DNA from: an uncultured virus (IMG/VR IMGVR_UViG_3300021387_000016)
Lineage: Duplodnaviria > Heunggongvirae > Uroviricota > Caudoviricetes
Reading direction: 5' to 3' (one strand)
Length of the DNA stretch: 64,000 nt
IMG/VR virus record: IMGVR_UViG_3300021387_000016
Shown: positions 48,339 to 58,821 of the stretch, in pieces
Layout: each line of letters starts with the position of its first letter
Position numbering within the stretch: position 1 is the stretch's first letter
The notes under the pieces: model-generated
What the model was told of the DNA's origin: nothing
Seen by the model: the letters and a program-made list of their open reading frames with translations, nothing else
Databases searched by the model: none
Program-made: the position numbers and the translations under genes

Positions 48339-49819
48339 GTCAATGTATCCTTTCTATGTAGTATTGTACATACAAAATAACATGATAGTATGTATAATGC
48401 AACACATAAAAGTAACAATTAATCAGTGGTTCTTTTGTCAATTTCTACTTGAAAATCAATGCCACAATCAGATTTATGAGACTCAAGCCACAAGTATAAA
48501 TCAATAAATAATGGTGCTGTTTTGTCGTCGTCAATGTCCATTACTAAATATTTTTCCTGCCAATCAGGATACCAGGCTTCTTCATTTCCTCTTGGATCTT
48601 CGTTTACAATTCTGAAAGAGTCGTTATCGTCTTCAGCAATAAAGAATGTACCATCTGATAATTCACCGACAAAACACCAGATACCGCCGCCAGTGTATGT
48701 TGGTTCAATATCTTCAAACTCAATATGAGGAGTATTGTCTGACAGATCAATATATTTTTTTGTATCCTCAATATTATGTGGGTTTTCCAAGTACTCATGG
48801 CAATCATATTTTCTAACTTGTAAAACCAAGTCAAGAGCATTGGATACCATATGACAATTGTTACAATTAATAATTTCCTGAATTTCCGGTGTTACGTCCT
48901 CAATATGGATAGTTCTAATTATTTCTTCTGCCATAGATAAAACCATCAATATATATTTGTCACCTAAAGGGGCAGAGTGAACGCCATAATCATTGTAAAC
49001 TTTTGTTTCTATATCCATTATCTTATTTGCTAAATCGTTCATATCAAGCGACCTCCTTAAAATTTGAATCAATTATATCGTCAATGTTGTCAGGTGCTGA
49101 CTCAATAACAGCACACAAGTGTTTTAAGAATTCCTTTGCATATTGTATAGAACTATCAAAGCTATTTTCATCCCTGTAATATATGGAGCTGCGAACGTCA
49201 GAAGCGCACATGTAAATTGTTTCTTCATATCCATTAAGTTCAATAGAGCAAGCATTTTCAATACGCTCTTTGACTGTTTTCATGATATAAGGTTTGTGCT
49301 GTTCAACCTCATAAAGTGACACTTCGCAAAAGCATGAATTATTCAAGTTTTCGTTGCCGTCTTCATCAATAGCACCAATAAAAGATACTTGCAAACGATA
49401 ATCATTTAACGCGCTGGAAATGTACCAATTAAAATTTATGTCATCAAATATATAATTTTTCTCCTCGAAATAGATATTTATATTATTCACTGTGTTACCT
49501 CCATAAAATCAAAATATTCAATTATTTCGTACATGATTTCTTGCTCTGTAATGCTGTGCGGTTCTTCGTTCAGGTATTTTAATTCATCAATATATATTTG
49601 TACGTTGTCAGACTCGGAGCAGCTCTTTGCATAAGCCTTAATAAAATCGTCTAAGCTTATTCCGTGGCACTCAATAGAGAAATTGTTCAAATCATTTCGA
49701 AGATCATCATTAACCCTGTAAAACTCTTTCAGATTTTCATATATCAAATCAAAGTTGCTCATTGTTCAATATCCTTTCATATAACCGCCCAACCCCAAGA
49801 GGAGAAGGGCGGGAGCGTG

Positions 49820-51655
49820 TCAGCGTTGCCAAGTGTCTAATATTGGCTCAATGCCTTGCGCCTTAAAATAGTTGTAAATATTAGGTAATAACACATCATA
49901 ATTATATAGTTCCGTCATTGTGTCGCTAATCTTGCGCCCCTTCACTTCATCAGGTAAAAGAACATTAACGCCCTTATATATTAGGCATTCGTGATTATCT
50001 CGGATAAATACACGTTTTTCCTTTCTGCCTTGCTGAAGTGTAATATATACGCCGCTATACTGTGCATATGTGCCGGATTCAATAGCCGTTACAGTTCCGA
50101 AACCGTCTAAAACCTTGTTTAATATCCATCCGTCACACTGCCAAACGGTTATATCATCACCCACGGCAATATTATTAATCTGTTCCTCAATAGGGGCTGG
50201 AAAATAAAAATCATTTTTCTCCTCGGATGCTGTGCGCATTTCTTCGAGCTTGGACGGTGCACCGCAAAGAGTGCAACCATCCGCAATATATACATATCGA
50301 GCATATGAAAAGCCCTGAGGATCAATGACAAGCTTTAAAGAACCGTCAAAGTAAACGCCGATACAATTTGTGTAATATAAATCGATGCTTTCGCGTTGTT
50401 CTGCGGTCATTTTCGAATATTGTTCGAAGTCCTGAAGCCTTACATCCTCGGAAGCAGTACCACCAAAGGAGGCTAAAAAATCAAAGTCATGCAAGAACAA
50501 TTTACAAAATCTTTCGAAAGCGTCCGCGGTTTTAAACTCAATAAGGCGCGTTATTAATGCTTTGGCGTTGTGTGGGTTCTCGCTCACTTCTTCGCGAAGC
50601 TCATTTATAGAACACTCTTTACCAATACCGCCCACAAGATCAAGTGCGAAAAGCTGTTCAGATGGCTCAAGGTCATTTATTGAAATGTCATTATATATAA
50701 TTTCTTCGGATTCTTTCAGCCACTCGTTATATTTTCGGCTTTCTTCCTCGTGTTTTTTTTGTTCTTCTTCCCATTCAATGCGCTTTCGTTCGTTTTCTTC
50801 TGCTTCTTTTTTGCGCTCATCTTCCAGGGCTTTGCGCTCTTCGTCTGTCATAGTCTCACGAATTGAGAAATCGTCGGCGCGTTTTATATCAATGTCGAGA
50901 TAATAACCCACATCAAAATAATCGGTCATCGAATCGCTGTTGTCATAGTTCCATTGGTTAGCAATAGCCCAAACGGCTTTTAGTTTATTGAAAAATGGGG
51001 TTGTAAAATACCAGAAACGCTCACGAGTTGCCCACAAATATTTAAAATTAACGTCGCTTTCTTTAGATAACCAGTATCTTATATATTTTTCGTGGTTCTC
51101 GTTCTTTTCTTCCTCGCTCATCTGCTCAAGATCATTTATATAAAGCCATCTTTCACCGTTAAACATGCCACTTGGAGAGTCAACACCACAAGCAAATGCG
51201 GATAAATTAAAGCGTTCTTTTGCTTCTTCAACACTGCAAAAGTCTGTTGATGTTGCTTTAACAGTCAATCTAATAGTTGTTGTATATGTTGCCTTACCTG
51301 CGCGAACTGTTACACCCTTAACACCTCTTTTTTTCAAATCTTCCCTAATAGCTTTTGCAAGGTCTGCACCGTGTAAATGAGCTGTTAAACAATTTTCATT
51401 TGCTAAATTATCAAGATTGATAGACTCAATATGAGAAGAAGAGCGAGCAGCGCGAGCGTTTGCGTCAATATTGCCGAGACTCTGCGCAAATGCGAGGCGG
51501 TCGGCGGTGTTCTTTGAATACCACAACTTATTTTTAGGACTCCAGCGGAAGCCGTTAGCCTTTACGCTTGCGATAATGTCCGCACTTGGTTTCTCATCAA
51601 ATAATAATTCGATTCCGTTTAATTCCTCGTTTAAGTTTATTTTACAAATTGCCAT
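49820..51655 (-). CDS. Large polyvalent-protein-associated (LPD-type) domain protein
   Basis: GIELLFDEKP...GFRWS...LWY and NSDSMTDYFDV motifs recalled from LPD-type domains. Confidence 0.6.
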   Translation of the reverse strand: MAICKINLNEELNGIELLFDEKPSADIIASVKANGFRWSPKNKLWYSKNTADRLAFAQSLGNIDANARAARSSSHIESINLDNLANENCLTAHLHGADLAKAIREDLKKRGVKGVTVRAGKATYTTTIRLTVKATSTDFCSVEEAKERFNLSAFACGVDSPSGMFNGERWLYINDLEQMSEEEKNENHEKYIRYWLSKESDVNFKYLWATRERFWYFTTPFFNKLKAVWAIANQWNYDNSDSMTDYFDVGYYLDIDIKRADDFSIRETMTDEERKALEDERKKEAEENERKRIEWEEEQKKHEEESRKYNEWLKESEEIIYNDISINDLEPSEQLFALDLVGGIGKECSINELREEVSENPHNAKALITRLIEFKTADAFERFCKLFLHDFDFLASFGGTASEDVRLQDFEQYSKMTAEQRESIDLYYTNCIGVYFDGSLKLVIDPQGFSYARYVYIADGCTLCGAPSKLEEMRTASEEKNDFYFPAPIEEQINNIAVGDDITVWQCDGWILNKVLDGFGTVTAIESGTYAQYSGVYITLQQGRKEKRVFIRDNHECLIYKGVNVLLPDEVKGRKISDTMTELYNYDVLLPNIYNYFKAQGIEPILDTWQR

Positions 51656-52070
51656 TGTTTACACCTTTTTAACCTTTCTATAATTCAATCAATAATCTAT
51701 ATATGGTGTTTTTAGTAACCAGATAACGCCGTTATTTTCTTCGTGTCTGAAAAGATTTTTTATTAAGATCAAAATTTTTCGCATCCCTGAAACTCCTTAA
51801 ATCAACCAAAATAATAATAATCATTGTCAATTTTTACCTTGCAACATTCACTATCAAGAACAGAGGGAGAGAGTGAGAGAGAATAAGGATATTTTTTTCC
51901 GTTGGTGTTGCTTTCCATGTCTTATGTTTCAGTATTAACATATTGGATTTTATTGATATCTGACATATTTTTGCCCTTTCTTTGTTGCTCTATCCGTCCC
52001 ACGGACTCCGCAAGGGTTAAGCCGTAAGGCGTAGCGGTGAGCATTGAAAAATATATATGTTGTTAAATAC

Positions 52071-52099
52071 ATACTACTACTATAGATATATGTTGTCAA
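52071..52099 (-). promoter_or_regulatory. Sigma-70 promoter driving the minus-strand block
   Basis: TTGACA-17 nt-TAGTAT on the minus strand, overlapped by a direct repeat ATATATGTTGT(T/C)AA(A/G)TACATA at about 52053 and 52086. Confidence 0.75.
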
Positions 52100-52246
52100 G
52101 TACATATAACAAATAATAGTTTTATTTTTTATGTTGTGAAAATCCAGGAAACAAGCGACTTTTTAAAAAATGGTGTTCGTGTTCAGTGTTCTATGTGTAC
52201 ATATTTTTATATTATTTTTATGTACACATTTAAAGGGTGCAAAAAA

Positions 52247-53041
52247 ATGAATGATTTAAACATAGATAATTTAATTGATGATATAGCGGAAGAGGTACGC
52301 GAAAACGGCGATTTTTGCCAAGATCAGAACAAAAAAAACGCTCCCAGCAACGGAGAAAGGGAGACAAGAGGCAGAAAGAACCAAGGAAAAACACAAGAAC
52401 ATTACCAAGAATATAAAGAGAGCAAAAAAGAATTTCGAAAGATTCCGCAAAATGGTTTTAGCAATGAAATAATTGAAAAGGTTAACGGCGAAATTGTCGA
52501 AGCTGAAAACCTTGAAAATTTTAAAGAATGTTACTCTTTAACATGTTACTCGGTTTTAGATAAGTTTTTACAAGATAATGAAGAACTAGCAAAAAAAAGC
52601 GTGTTCATGTGGTATAAGAGGGTACTTATAGAAATAAAGAAAAATACTCCGAAGGTGGGAGCGGATGAGGTTGAAAAGCTTTCGATAATTTGGGACGTGT
52701 TGAGCGAGTTCTTAGAGTACATAGGATTATATATAACTTATGAAACTTTCCAAAAGGTAACAAATATATATAAATACCAACTTGAGGATAGGGCTAAACT
52801 TAGCCCAAAACATGCGGAACTTGTTAAAAAAATTAATATAGAGCGAGACAATGCGCTAATTAACGAATTACAGTATAACCCATATAACCAAACTAATAAA
52901 ATGTTCATTGCAAAAGTGCACGGAATAATTGAACAAACCGCACCCAAACAAATAGAAGTGACGCATAATATACAGAATTTCGATAATATTTCAAGTTATC
53001 GATTATTAGAGGATGAGACCAGAAAAGACGAAAACGAGTAA
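52247..53041 (+). CDS. Putative terminase small subunit / DNA-packaging protein
   Basis: RGRK motif and MFIAK..HG..E C-terminus; first gene of the plus-strand block leading to TerL. Confidence 0.4.
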   Translation: MNDLNIDNLIDDIAEEVRENGDFCQDQNKKNAPSNGERETRGRKNQGKTQEHYQEYKESKKEFRKIPQNGFSNEIIEKVNGEIVEAENLENFKECYSLTCYSVLDKFLQDNEELAKKSVFMWYKRVLIEIKKNTPKVGADEVEKLSIIWDVLSEFLEYIGLYITYETFQKVTNIYKYQLEDRAKLSPKHAELVKKINIERDNALINELQYNPYNQTNKMFIAKVHGIIEQTAPKQIEVTHNIQNFDNISSYRLLEDETRKDENE

Positions 53042-53270
53042 AAACCGCATAACCACGCGGAAAATGGGATTTTAAAGGATTGTGCAACTGTTCGCGAAAC
53101 GTTAATTTAGCGAATAGTTGAAAATCTCAGACGTAACGCAAGACGCTAGATCACTGATAAATGCTAGATTTTCGGCTTGCAAAGTTTAACTAATCCGCTT
53201 GGGGAGAGGGGTTTCATTGAGTGCAGCGCCGGGGCCGTGTTTAGTCCAACGAACTCCGAAAAAGCCAAAA

Positions 53271-53909
53271 GGGGTACACCCCAAAAGAATAGAGAGGGGG
53301 GTACACCCTTAAAACAGAATAAGGAAGGGTACACCCCATGAAGATCAGGCTGGAATATTTTACAACAAAAACGGAGTACTCTAGGCAGTTTAGTAAAGTA
53401 GAGATATGTGTAGATGGCGAGTGGATAAGGAATGCGAGGGACATAATCTACATAGGAGATGGATATAGGCAATGGAAGAGTAGAGAGATAGACACAGGAA
53501 AGATATGTTGGTCAGAGTTTGAAGGAAAGATAAATTATAGGCCATATGGATATGGGTTAGTAGATGTGGAGATAAAGGATGCCAAGTGCAGGTAGTATAA
53601 CAAAGACGATAAGGTTCAGCCCTGAAGATCGAGAGAAAGTCGAAAGCCTTATAGAGAGTGAGAATCTGACATGGGGAGGGGCGATACATAAACTGATATC
53701 CGGTCAGGGTACACCCCAAAATGGGTATCAAAAAACGCGGGAAAATACAAAAAGTGTTTATCAGGGTACACCCCATGACGAGATAAGGGATTTACGTAAT
53801 CGGCTGCAAGAATTAAGGGCAAGATGTAAAGGGGAGAAAGCGGAAGAGTTATTTGATTCTAAGCTTTACTCAGGTATTCAGATAGAACCCATAGGCGAGG
53901 GTACACCCC
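53271..53909. repeat. Six copies of the quasi-palindrome GGGTACACCC(C)
   Basis: At about 53271, 53298, 53327, 53707, 53764 and 53899. Confidence 0.85.
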
Positions 53910-54166
53910 GAAGACAGGACTTAATGGATAAGGCTGTAGAGGATGATATAAACCAGATGTGTCGGCTAAGTGGAATCAGCACACATGACTTTTACCGAGG
54001 CGTAAGTGAGTTATGGAGTGCTGGGAAACTGGAAATTGAGGGCGAGAAAGTAAAAAGCAATGGCGAATATGACGTAAAGCATTTTGAAGAGGTTTGTTAC
54101 AGAGCGCATATAGGGCCACAGGAAGCCATTGATAAGCTGACAAGGAGTTTAGAGAGAAATGTCTAG
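53579..54166 (+). CDS. Hypothetical protein with RHH-like N-terminus
   Basis: TKTIRFSPEDREKV; three GTP tripeptides are encoded by the repeat. Confidence 0.6.
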   Translation: MPSAGSITKTIRFSPEDREKVESLIESENLTWGGAIHKLISGQGTPQNGYQKTRENTKSVYQGTPHDEIRDLRNRLQELRARCKGEKAEELFDSKLYSGIQIEPIGEGTPRRQDLMDKAVEDDINQMCRLSGISTHDFYRGVSELWSAGKLEIEGEKVKSNGEYDVKHFEEVCYRAHIGPQEAIDKLTRSLERNV

Positions 54167-55431
54167 TGGTAATACAAGTAAGACAACCAGGCTAAAAACA
54201 ATTAGGATCAAAAACGAGACTGCGGATTTTTTTTCAGATAAGCCATTAAACAGGGTTGTAGAGAGCGTACATTCATTAGCTGTCGAAGACAAGATTGAGA
54301 TTAAGGGGGATGGAAAAGTTGTTATTCCATATAATTTTAACTAATGGGACTGACTATGTAGTTGAGGCAGATGATATTGAAAGAAATGAAGGGATATACT
54401 CATTTCTCAAGGACGGAAAAGTTATAGCAGAATTCAACGGCAATCGAATAGCCGGATATTTTGTAGATGACGAGGAAGAGGATGAATAACATTGGCCCGT
54501 TATATATTTCTACTCCAGATGGAAAGATGCACAAGCTGGGTGAACTAAGTGAAACGGACATTTCTTTAAGCGAAGAAGAAGTGAAAGAATGTGATAGCCT
54601 GCTTAGTTCCGAAGTTGAATTTAAAGGTGAAGTAGAAATTACTATCGCAGAGGGCAAGAGGAAATTAAACCCATACAGATTTTTTGCAAGTGGTTGTGAT
54701 AAGAGCACATATAATGCCATGACATTAAGAGAAGAAGGTTATCTAAGCCCTAAGAATGGATGGATAAAGTAATGCACAAGGTCAAGATTGAAAGTTTAGG
54801 AGTTCCATACGCAAAAGTTTCATTAGACGGAAAACCGATTCGCTGTTCCAAAGTGGACGTACATATGGAAACAGGGTGTGTTCCACAGACGGACATATCT
54901 TTTCATAGTGATCCAGAACTTGACTATGAAACATTAGTGACAGTGGATTTAAGCCCTAAAACAGTAAAATCAGCGGTAAATGTCCTTAAAGCAGCTCTTA
55001 AAAAGAATGATTTTACAGCATTTATAGGGATGAACGACTTAATGGAGGCTATGAATGAAAAATAACAACGCCAGCAAAACTAGTCAGGGAATAGGGTTTT
55101 AGGTATGGTATGTGTGATATGGCTCAAAAAATAATAGTTTTTTTTGTAGTTTGTGTACTGATATATCTGACATTATTAAGGGATGACTGAATGTGTGATT
55201 TTTGCCAAAACAACCGTAAAAAATGGGATAGAAGTGGTTTGGACGTAATGGATTTAAAAGGAAAAAACTTAACTATTATCGTGAATGATGATGGAGCGGG
55301 ATGCCGAACAGAGTTTGAAATAGAGTATTGCCCTTTCTGCGGAAGAAACTTAAGTGGGAAAGTTGATTTAGAGCGAATGACAGCCTCAGAAAACAGGGCA
55401 TATTTTGGCATATATGGGTGAGGAAGCAACT

Positions 55432-55791
55432 ATGAAAGAATATGTGGATATTTTAGGGACAAGATACACCATCTCTGAAAAGACTTTTGAGCAAGATCCT
55501 TATTTAAAAGAAAACGGATTTGGTGGGTATTGTGCCGAGCTGGCAAAAGAAATAATCCTATTGGATATAAACGCAGATGTTTATAAAGATCTTAGCGAAG
55601 CTGAAAAAATAGAAAACCGGAAGCAAATACTCAGGCATGAAATAATCCACGCATTTTTAAATGAGTCAGGATTAAGCCAGGACGCAAATAAATGGGATGG
55701 TGCATGGCCCAAAAATGAGGAAATGGTAGATTGGATAGCAATTCAATTTCCAAAGATTCTTAAAGCTTATCAGTGGTGCGAATGCTTATGA
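55432..55791 (+). CDS. HEXXH metallopeptidase-like protein
   Basis: ILRHEIIHAFL...EEMVD. Confidence 0.7.
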   Translation: MKEYVDILGTRYTISEKTFEQDPYLKENGFGGYCAELAKEIILLDINADVYKDLSEAEKIENRKQILRHEIIHAFLNESGLSQDANKWDGAWPKNEEMVDWIAIQFPKILKAYQWCECL

Positions 55792-56129
55792 ATAAAACCT
55801 GCGGGAATTGTCGGTGGTCTGATGGTAGCATGACTAAATTGGATTTTTATTGTTCCTTATCCTACAGAAGAATCGCAGATAAAGATGATGCATGTGAACA
55901 CTGGATGGCATTATCTAGCAAAAAGAACTGTGAAAATTGCAAATGGCATGATGATTTTAGTTGGGTATGCAGTAACGCTGAAAGCCCAAACGTAGCAGAT
56001 TTTACAGACAACGAAGATTCATGTTGGTTATGGGAGAAAAAGGATGGACTCTTGAAGTGATGTCTAAGCCGCAAGGCCTGACATATACGTTTACGCAAGT
56101 GGCGGTTTCTAAGGCACTGACCGCCATAA

Positions 56130-56201
56130 TGGGGCATGGGGTAAAGGTTAACCCAAGAGATTTTGGTTCTCTTAATCTCAGTTCGATTCTGAGTGCCCTA
56201 G
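56130..56201 (+). tRNA. tRNA-Gln(TTG)
   Basis: TGGGGCA/TGCCCTA acceptor, AGAGA-TTTTGGT-TCTCT anticodon arm, CTCAG-TTCGATT-CTGAG T arm. Confidence 0.85.
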
Positions 56202-56611
56202 TTGAGTCTAATTACCAGCATTAGGTAGAAAAGATCACGGGTATCGGTAACAGATACCTGGATTATGCAATAAAAGGGGAAAATATATGAACGATATTAA
56301 GTTCTATATTCCAAAGGATTTAACAATCCCAACAGATTTAGCTTTATATGTTGGAGATACTTATGTGAAATATGAAAGAATATCTGGAGGATTCAGATTT
56401 TACATTTGCGAAGATGACGAATCAAAAGCTATGAAAATCGCAGAGCAGATAGCAAAACAGATAATAGATGAACATGACGAATCAGAGCATGGAGTTACCT
56501 GGAGAACAGTAGAACTTAAAATTGTTGAACAGGAAAAGCGATACAAGGTAGGAACTATTGTAGATTGGTTCTTTAGAGTAAGAGATTCTTACTGATCTTG
56601 TATGTCAGTTA

Positions 56612-57143
56612 TAAATGGGTGGAAAGGATGGAAGTCCGTGTACCTCACAGCGTTAAGTAGCCAAAAGCAAATGTGAGCGCGTTACGGACGAATGAACCTT
56701 AATAAGCCTGCATAAAATGGTAGCCACCGCAGGAAGCCCAAAAGATTAGAGATAAACTTCTACATCGAGCGAGTGCGGGGCGACCCAATAGGCTTGTGGG
56801 TGTTAATCGGTGCATCGGGAAGGGAATCTCTAAATAACCTACCCATCCTTGTGTGGGAAAGGTTGAGATTGCGGTAATGCCGCTTTCGTAGGCGCGGTAG
56901 TGTTTCTACTGTTAAATGTCCAACAGCGTAAGCAAAAGGGAAACAGCCACGAACCATAAAAGTGTGGTAGTCATCCGTTCACCATCCTGTAAAGGAAGTC
57001 GGGCAAGTGTACGAGGTTGCGGGGATGACAATGGTTCTTGTAAGAAGGGCGGCATTGTACGCAATATTCTTTACGGACAGTAAGAACGGCAAGCTCTTAC
57101 GAGTAAACTGCTATGGGACGCAGGATAAATAAAAGCCCACTTT
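56612..57143 (+). ncRNA. Large ornate ncRNA candidate (ROOL/GOLLD-like)
   Basis: About 530-nt GC-enriched stretch without a credible ORF, with nested helices, abutting a tRNA. Confidence 0.65.
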
Positions 57144-57145
57144 TA

Positions 57146-57219
57146 GCACAAATAGTCCAACTGGCAGAGACAAGTGGTTTAAGCCCACTGAAGTGAGAGT
57201 TCGAATCTCTCTTTGTGCA
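57146..57219 (+). tRNA. tRNA with TAA anticodon (Leu), short variable loop
   Basis: GCACAAA/TTTGTGC acceptor, AGTGG-TTTAAGC-CCACT anticodon arm, GAGAG-TTCGAAT-CTCTC T arm. Confidence 0.8.
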
Positions 57220-57320
57220 CTGGTCTTGTTTGCCGTGAGAAGACCTACCTTATGAAGTTTGGCGGAGCAAGGAACACCGTTCTTCTAAAAAACGGGTGGT
57301 TATGTAAGGAGAGGAAGGGT

Positions 57321-58262
57321 ATGATTGCATTAATAATTGGAATATCAGTATTTTTAATATTACTATTTTTATTAGGATTTGATGACTGCGGAGATTGGAG
57401 TGTCAATCCTAAGATGTTTCTCGCATTTCTTGCAATTAGCATATGCTTCATTGGATGTGTGAAAATTGTTCCAACAGGTTCAACAGGAATTGTGACAACG
57501 TTTGGACGAATTGAAAACATTACGTTGGATGCAGGAATCCATTTTATGAGTCCATGGAAAAAAGTTGTGAACATGGATAACCGAACCCAGAAACAGTCCA
57601 TAGAAATGCAGTGTTTTAGCTCTGATATTCAGGAAGTCAGTGTAGTATATACAGTTAATTATCAGATAAACAAGGCAAATGCCCAGGAAATTTACCGGAC
57701 AATTGGTACGGAATACTTCGATAAGATTGTAATGCCGAAAGTTTTAGAGGCAGTTAAGGCAGTATTTGCAAAGTATACCGCAGAAGATTTGATAGCATCA
57801 AGATCAGTTCTTTCAAAAGAGATTGAAAAGATTCTTGTTGATGATTTAGCTACTCAGAATGTGCAGATTACAGCTACTTCAATTGAGAATATTGACTTTA
57901 CAGATGCATTTACCGATGCAGTAGAGGCCAAGCAGGTAGCTGAACAGAATAAACTTAGGGCACAAACAGAGCAGGCACAGGCAACTTTGGAAGCAGAAGC
58001 CCAGGCAGAAAGACAGGTAATCCAAGCTAAAGCTGATGCGGATGCTGCAATCGTAGCTGCAAAGGCAGATGCAGAAGTAGCACAGATTTCTGCTGATAGT
58101 AGCTTATATCAGGGAGAAAAAGAGGCAACCATTCTTCAGAGAGTTGGTGAGCAGCTTGAAAGATACCCAAATCTCACAAAGTACAAATATTTTGAGAAAT
58201 GGGATGGCCAACTTCCCAAGACTGTACTTGGTGACTCAGATGTAATTATGGATCTTAACTAA
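57321..58262 (+). CDS. SPFH/band-7 (prohibitin-like) membrane protein
   Basis: TM helices, VPTGSTGIVTTFG, AVEAKQVAEQ, KWDGQLP. Confidence 0.92.
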   Translation: MIALIIGISVFLILLFLLGFDDCGDWSVNPKMFLAFLAISICFIGCVKIVPTGSTGIVTTFGRIENITLDAGIHFMSPWKKVVNMDNRTQKQSIEMQCFSSDIQEVSVVYTVNYQINKANAQEIYRTIGTEYFDKIVMPKVLEAVKAVFAKYTAEDLIASRSVLSKEIEKILVDDLATQNVQITATSIENIDFTDAFTDAVEAKQVAEQNKLRAQTEQAQATLEAEAQAERQVIQAKADADAAIVAAKADAEVAQISADSSLYQGEKEATILQRVGEQLERYPNLTKYKYFEKWDGQLPKTVLGDSDVIMDLN

Positions 58263-58272
58263 ATAGATTTAA

Positions 58273-58393
58273 GCGGTTGGTAGCTCAACTGGTAGAGCAT
58301 ACTTTATGTGATAACAGCTCATGTATGTGGGCTTAACAGCAAACTTGCACAAAGGGGCAAAGTATTGTATTGGTTCGAGTCCAATCCAACCGC
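58273..58393 (+). ncRNA. tRNA-like RNA with an ~50-nt insert replacing the anticodon loop (contains ACAGCAA)
   Basis: GCGGTTGG/CCAACCGC acceptor, canonical D and T arms, ATACTTT/AAAGTAT stem. Confidence 0.75.
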
Positions 58394-58397
58394 GTAT

Positions 58398-58517
58398 GTG
58401 CTGCGTAGCTCAATGGTAGAGTGTAAAATGCGCAATCCTGTTTGGGATTAAGACAGCAATCTTTCAATTTAACGATCTTTAAAATCGGGGATTCCGGTTC
58501 GAATCCGGACGCAGCAC
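58398..58517 (+). ncRNA. tRNA-like RNA with an insert between D and anticodon arms (ACAGCAA); loop reads TTA
   Basis: GTGCTGCG/CGCAGCAC acceptor, CGAT-CTTTAAA-ATCG arm, TCCGG-TTCGAAT-CCGGA T arm. Confidence 0.75.
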
Positions 58518-58521
58518 TTAA

Positions 58522-58585
58522 GGGATTGGTACAGCAATTATCAAATGGAAAAGACTTTTAATCTTTTAACCAAAACAACAATCCT
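58522..58585 (+). ncRNA. CAGCAA-motif stem RNA with a Lys(TTT)-like anticodon hairpin
   Basis: GGATTG/CAATCC closing stem, ACAGCAA at 58531, AAAAGA-CTTTTAA-TCTTTT hairpin. Confidence 0.65.
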
Positions 58586-58590
58586 GTTAA

Positions 58591-58674
58591 GGGTAGGTAT
58601 GCCTAGTGGCGATGGCAGCGGTCTGTAAAATCGTGACACAAGAAACAACGTAGGTTCGACTCCTACCCTACCCA
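58591..58674 (+). tRNA. tRNA-Tyr(GTA)
   Basis: GGGTAGG/CCTACCC acceptor, loop CTGTAAA, long variable region, GTAGG-TTCGACT-CCTAC T arm. Confidence 0.85.
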
Positions 58675-58678
58675 TTAT

Positions 58679-58742
58679 GTGATTGCTTTCAGCAAATTAC
58701 TAAGGAGAAAACAGCTAATTTTCTATCCAACACAGCAATCAT
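58679..58742 (+). ncRNA. CAGCAA-motif stem RNA
   Basis: GTGATTGCT/AGCAATCAT stem, TCAGCAA at 58689, AGAAAA-CAGCTAA-TTTTCT hairpin. Confidence 0.65.
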
Positions 58743-58752
58743 GAATCAAATA

Positions 58753-58821
58753 GTGACCTTAACAGCAAAATCTTATGGTCGTTGATTCCAATTATTATCA
58801 ATGTGAAAAATAACAGGTCAT
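58753..58821 (+). ncRNA. CAGCAA-motif stem RNA
   Basis: GTGACCT/AGGTCAT stem, ACAGCAA at 58762, TTGAT/ATCAA hairpin; ends just before the RBS of the next gene. Confidence 0.65.

Noticed and set aside
56060..56126. c-di-GMP-I riboswitch-like fragment (GTCTAAGCC-GCAA-GGCCTGAC)
   Set aside because: Only a partial P2-like hairpin is present; there is no P1 GAAA arm or expression platform, and it precedes a tRNA.
56612..57143. Group I or group II intron
   Set aside because: It does not interrupt a gene, and I could not identify GUGYG/domain V or a group I core.
58273..58517. Ordinary intron-containing tRNAs
   Set aside because: The inserts are too short for self-splicing introns, show no clear bulge-helix-bulge, and share the CAGCAA motif with neighbouring non-tRNA units.
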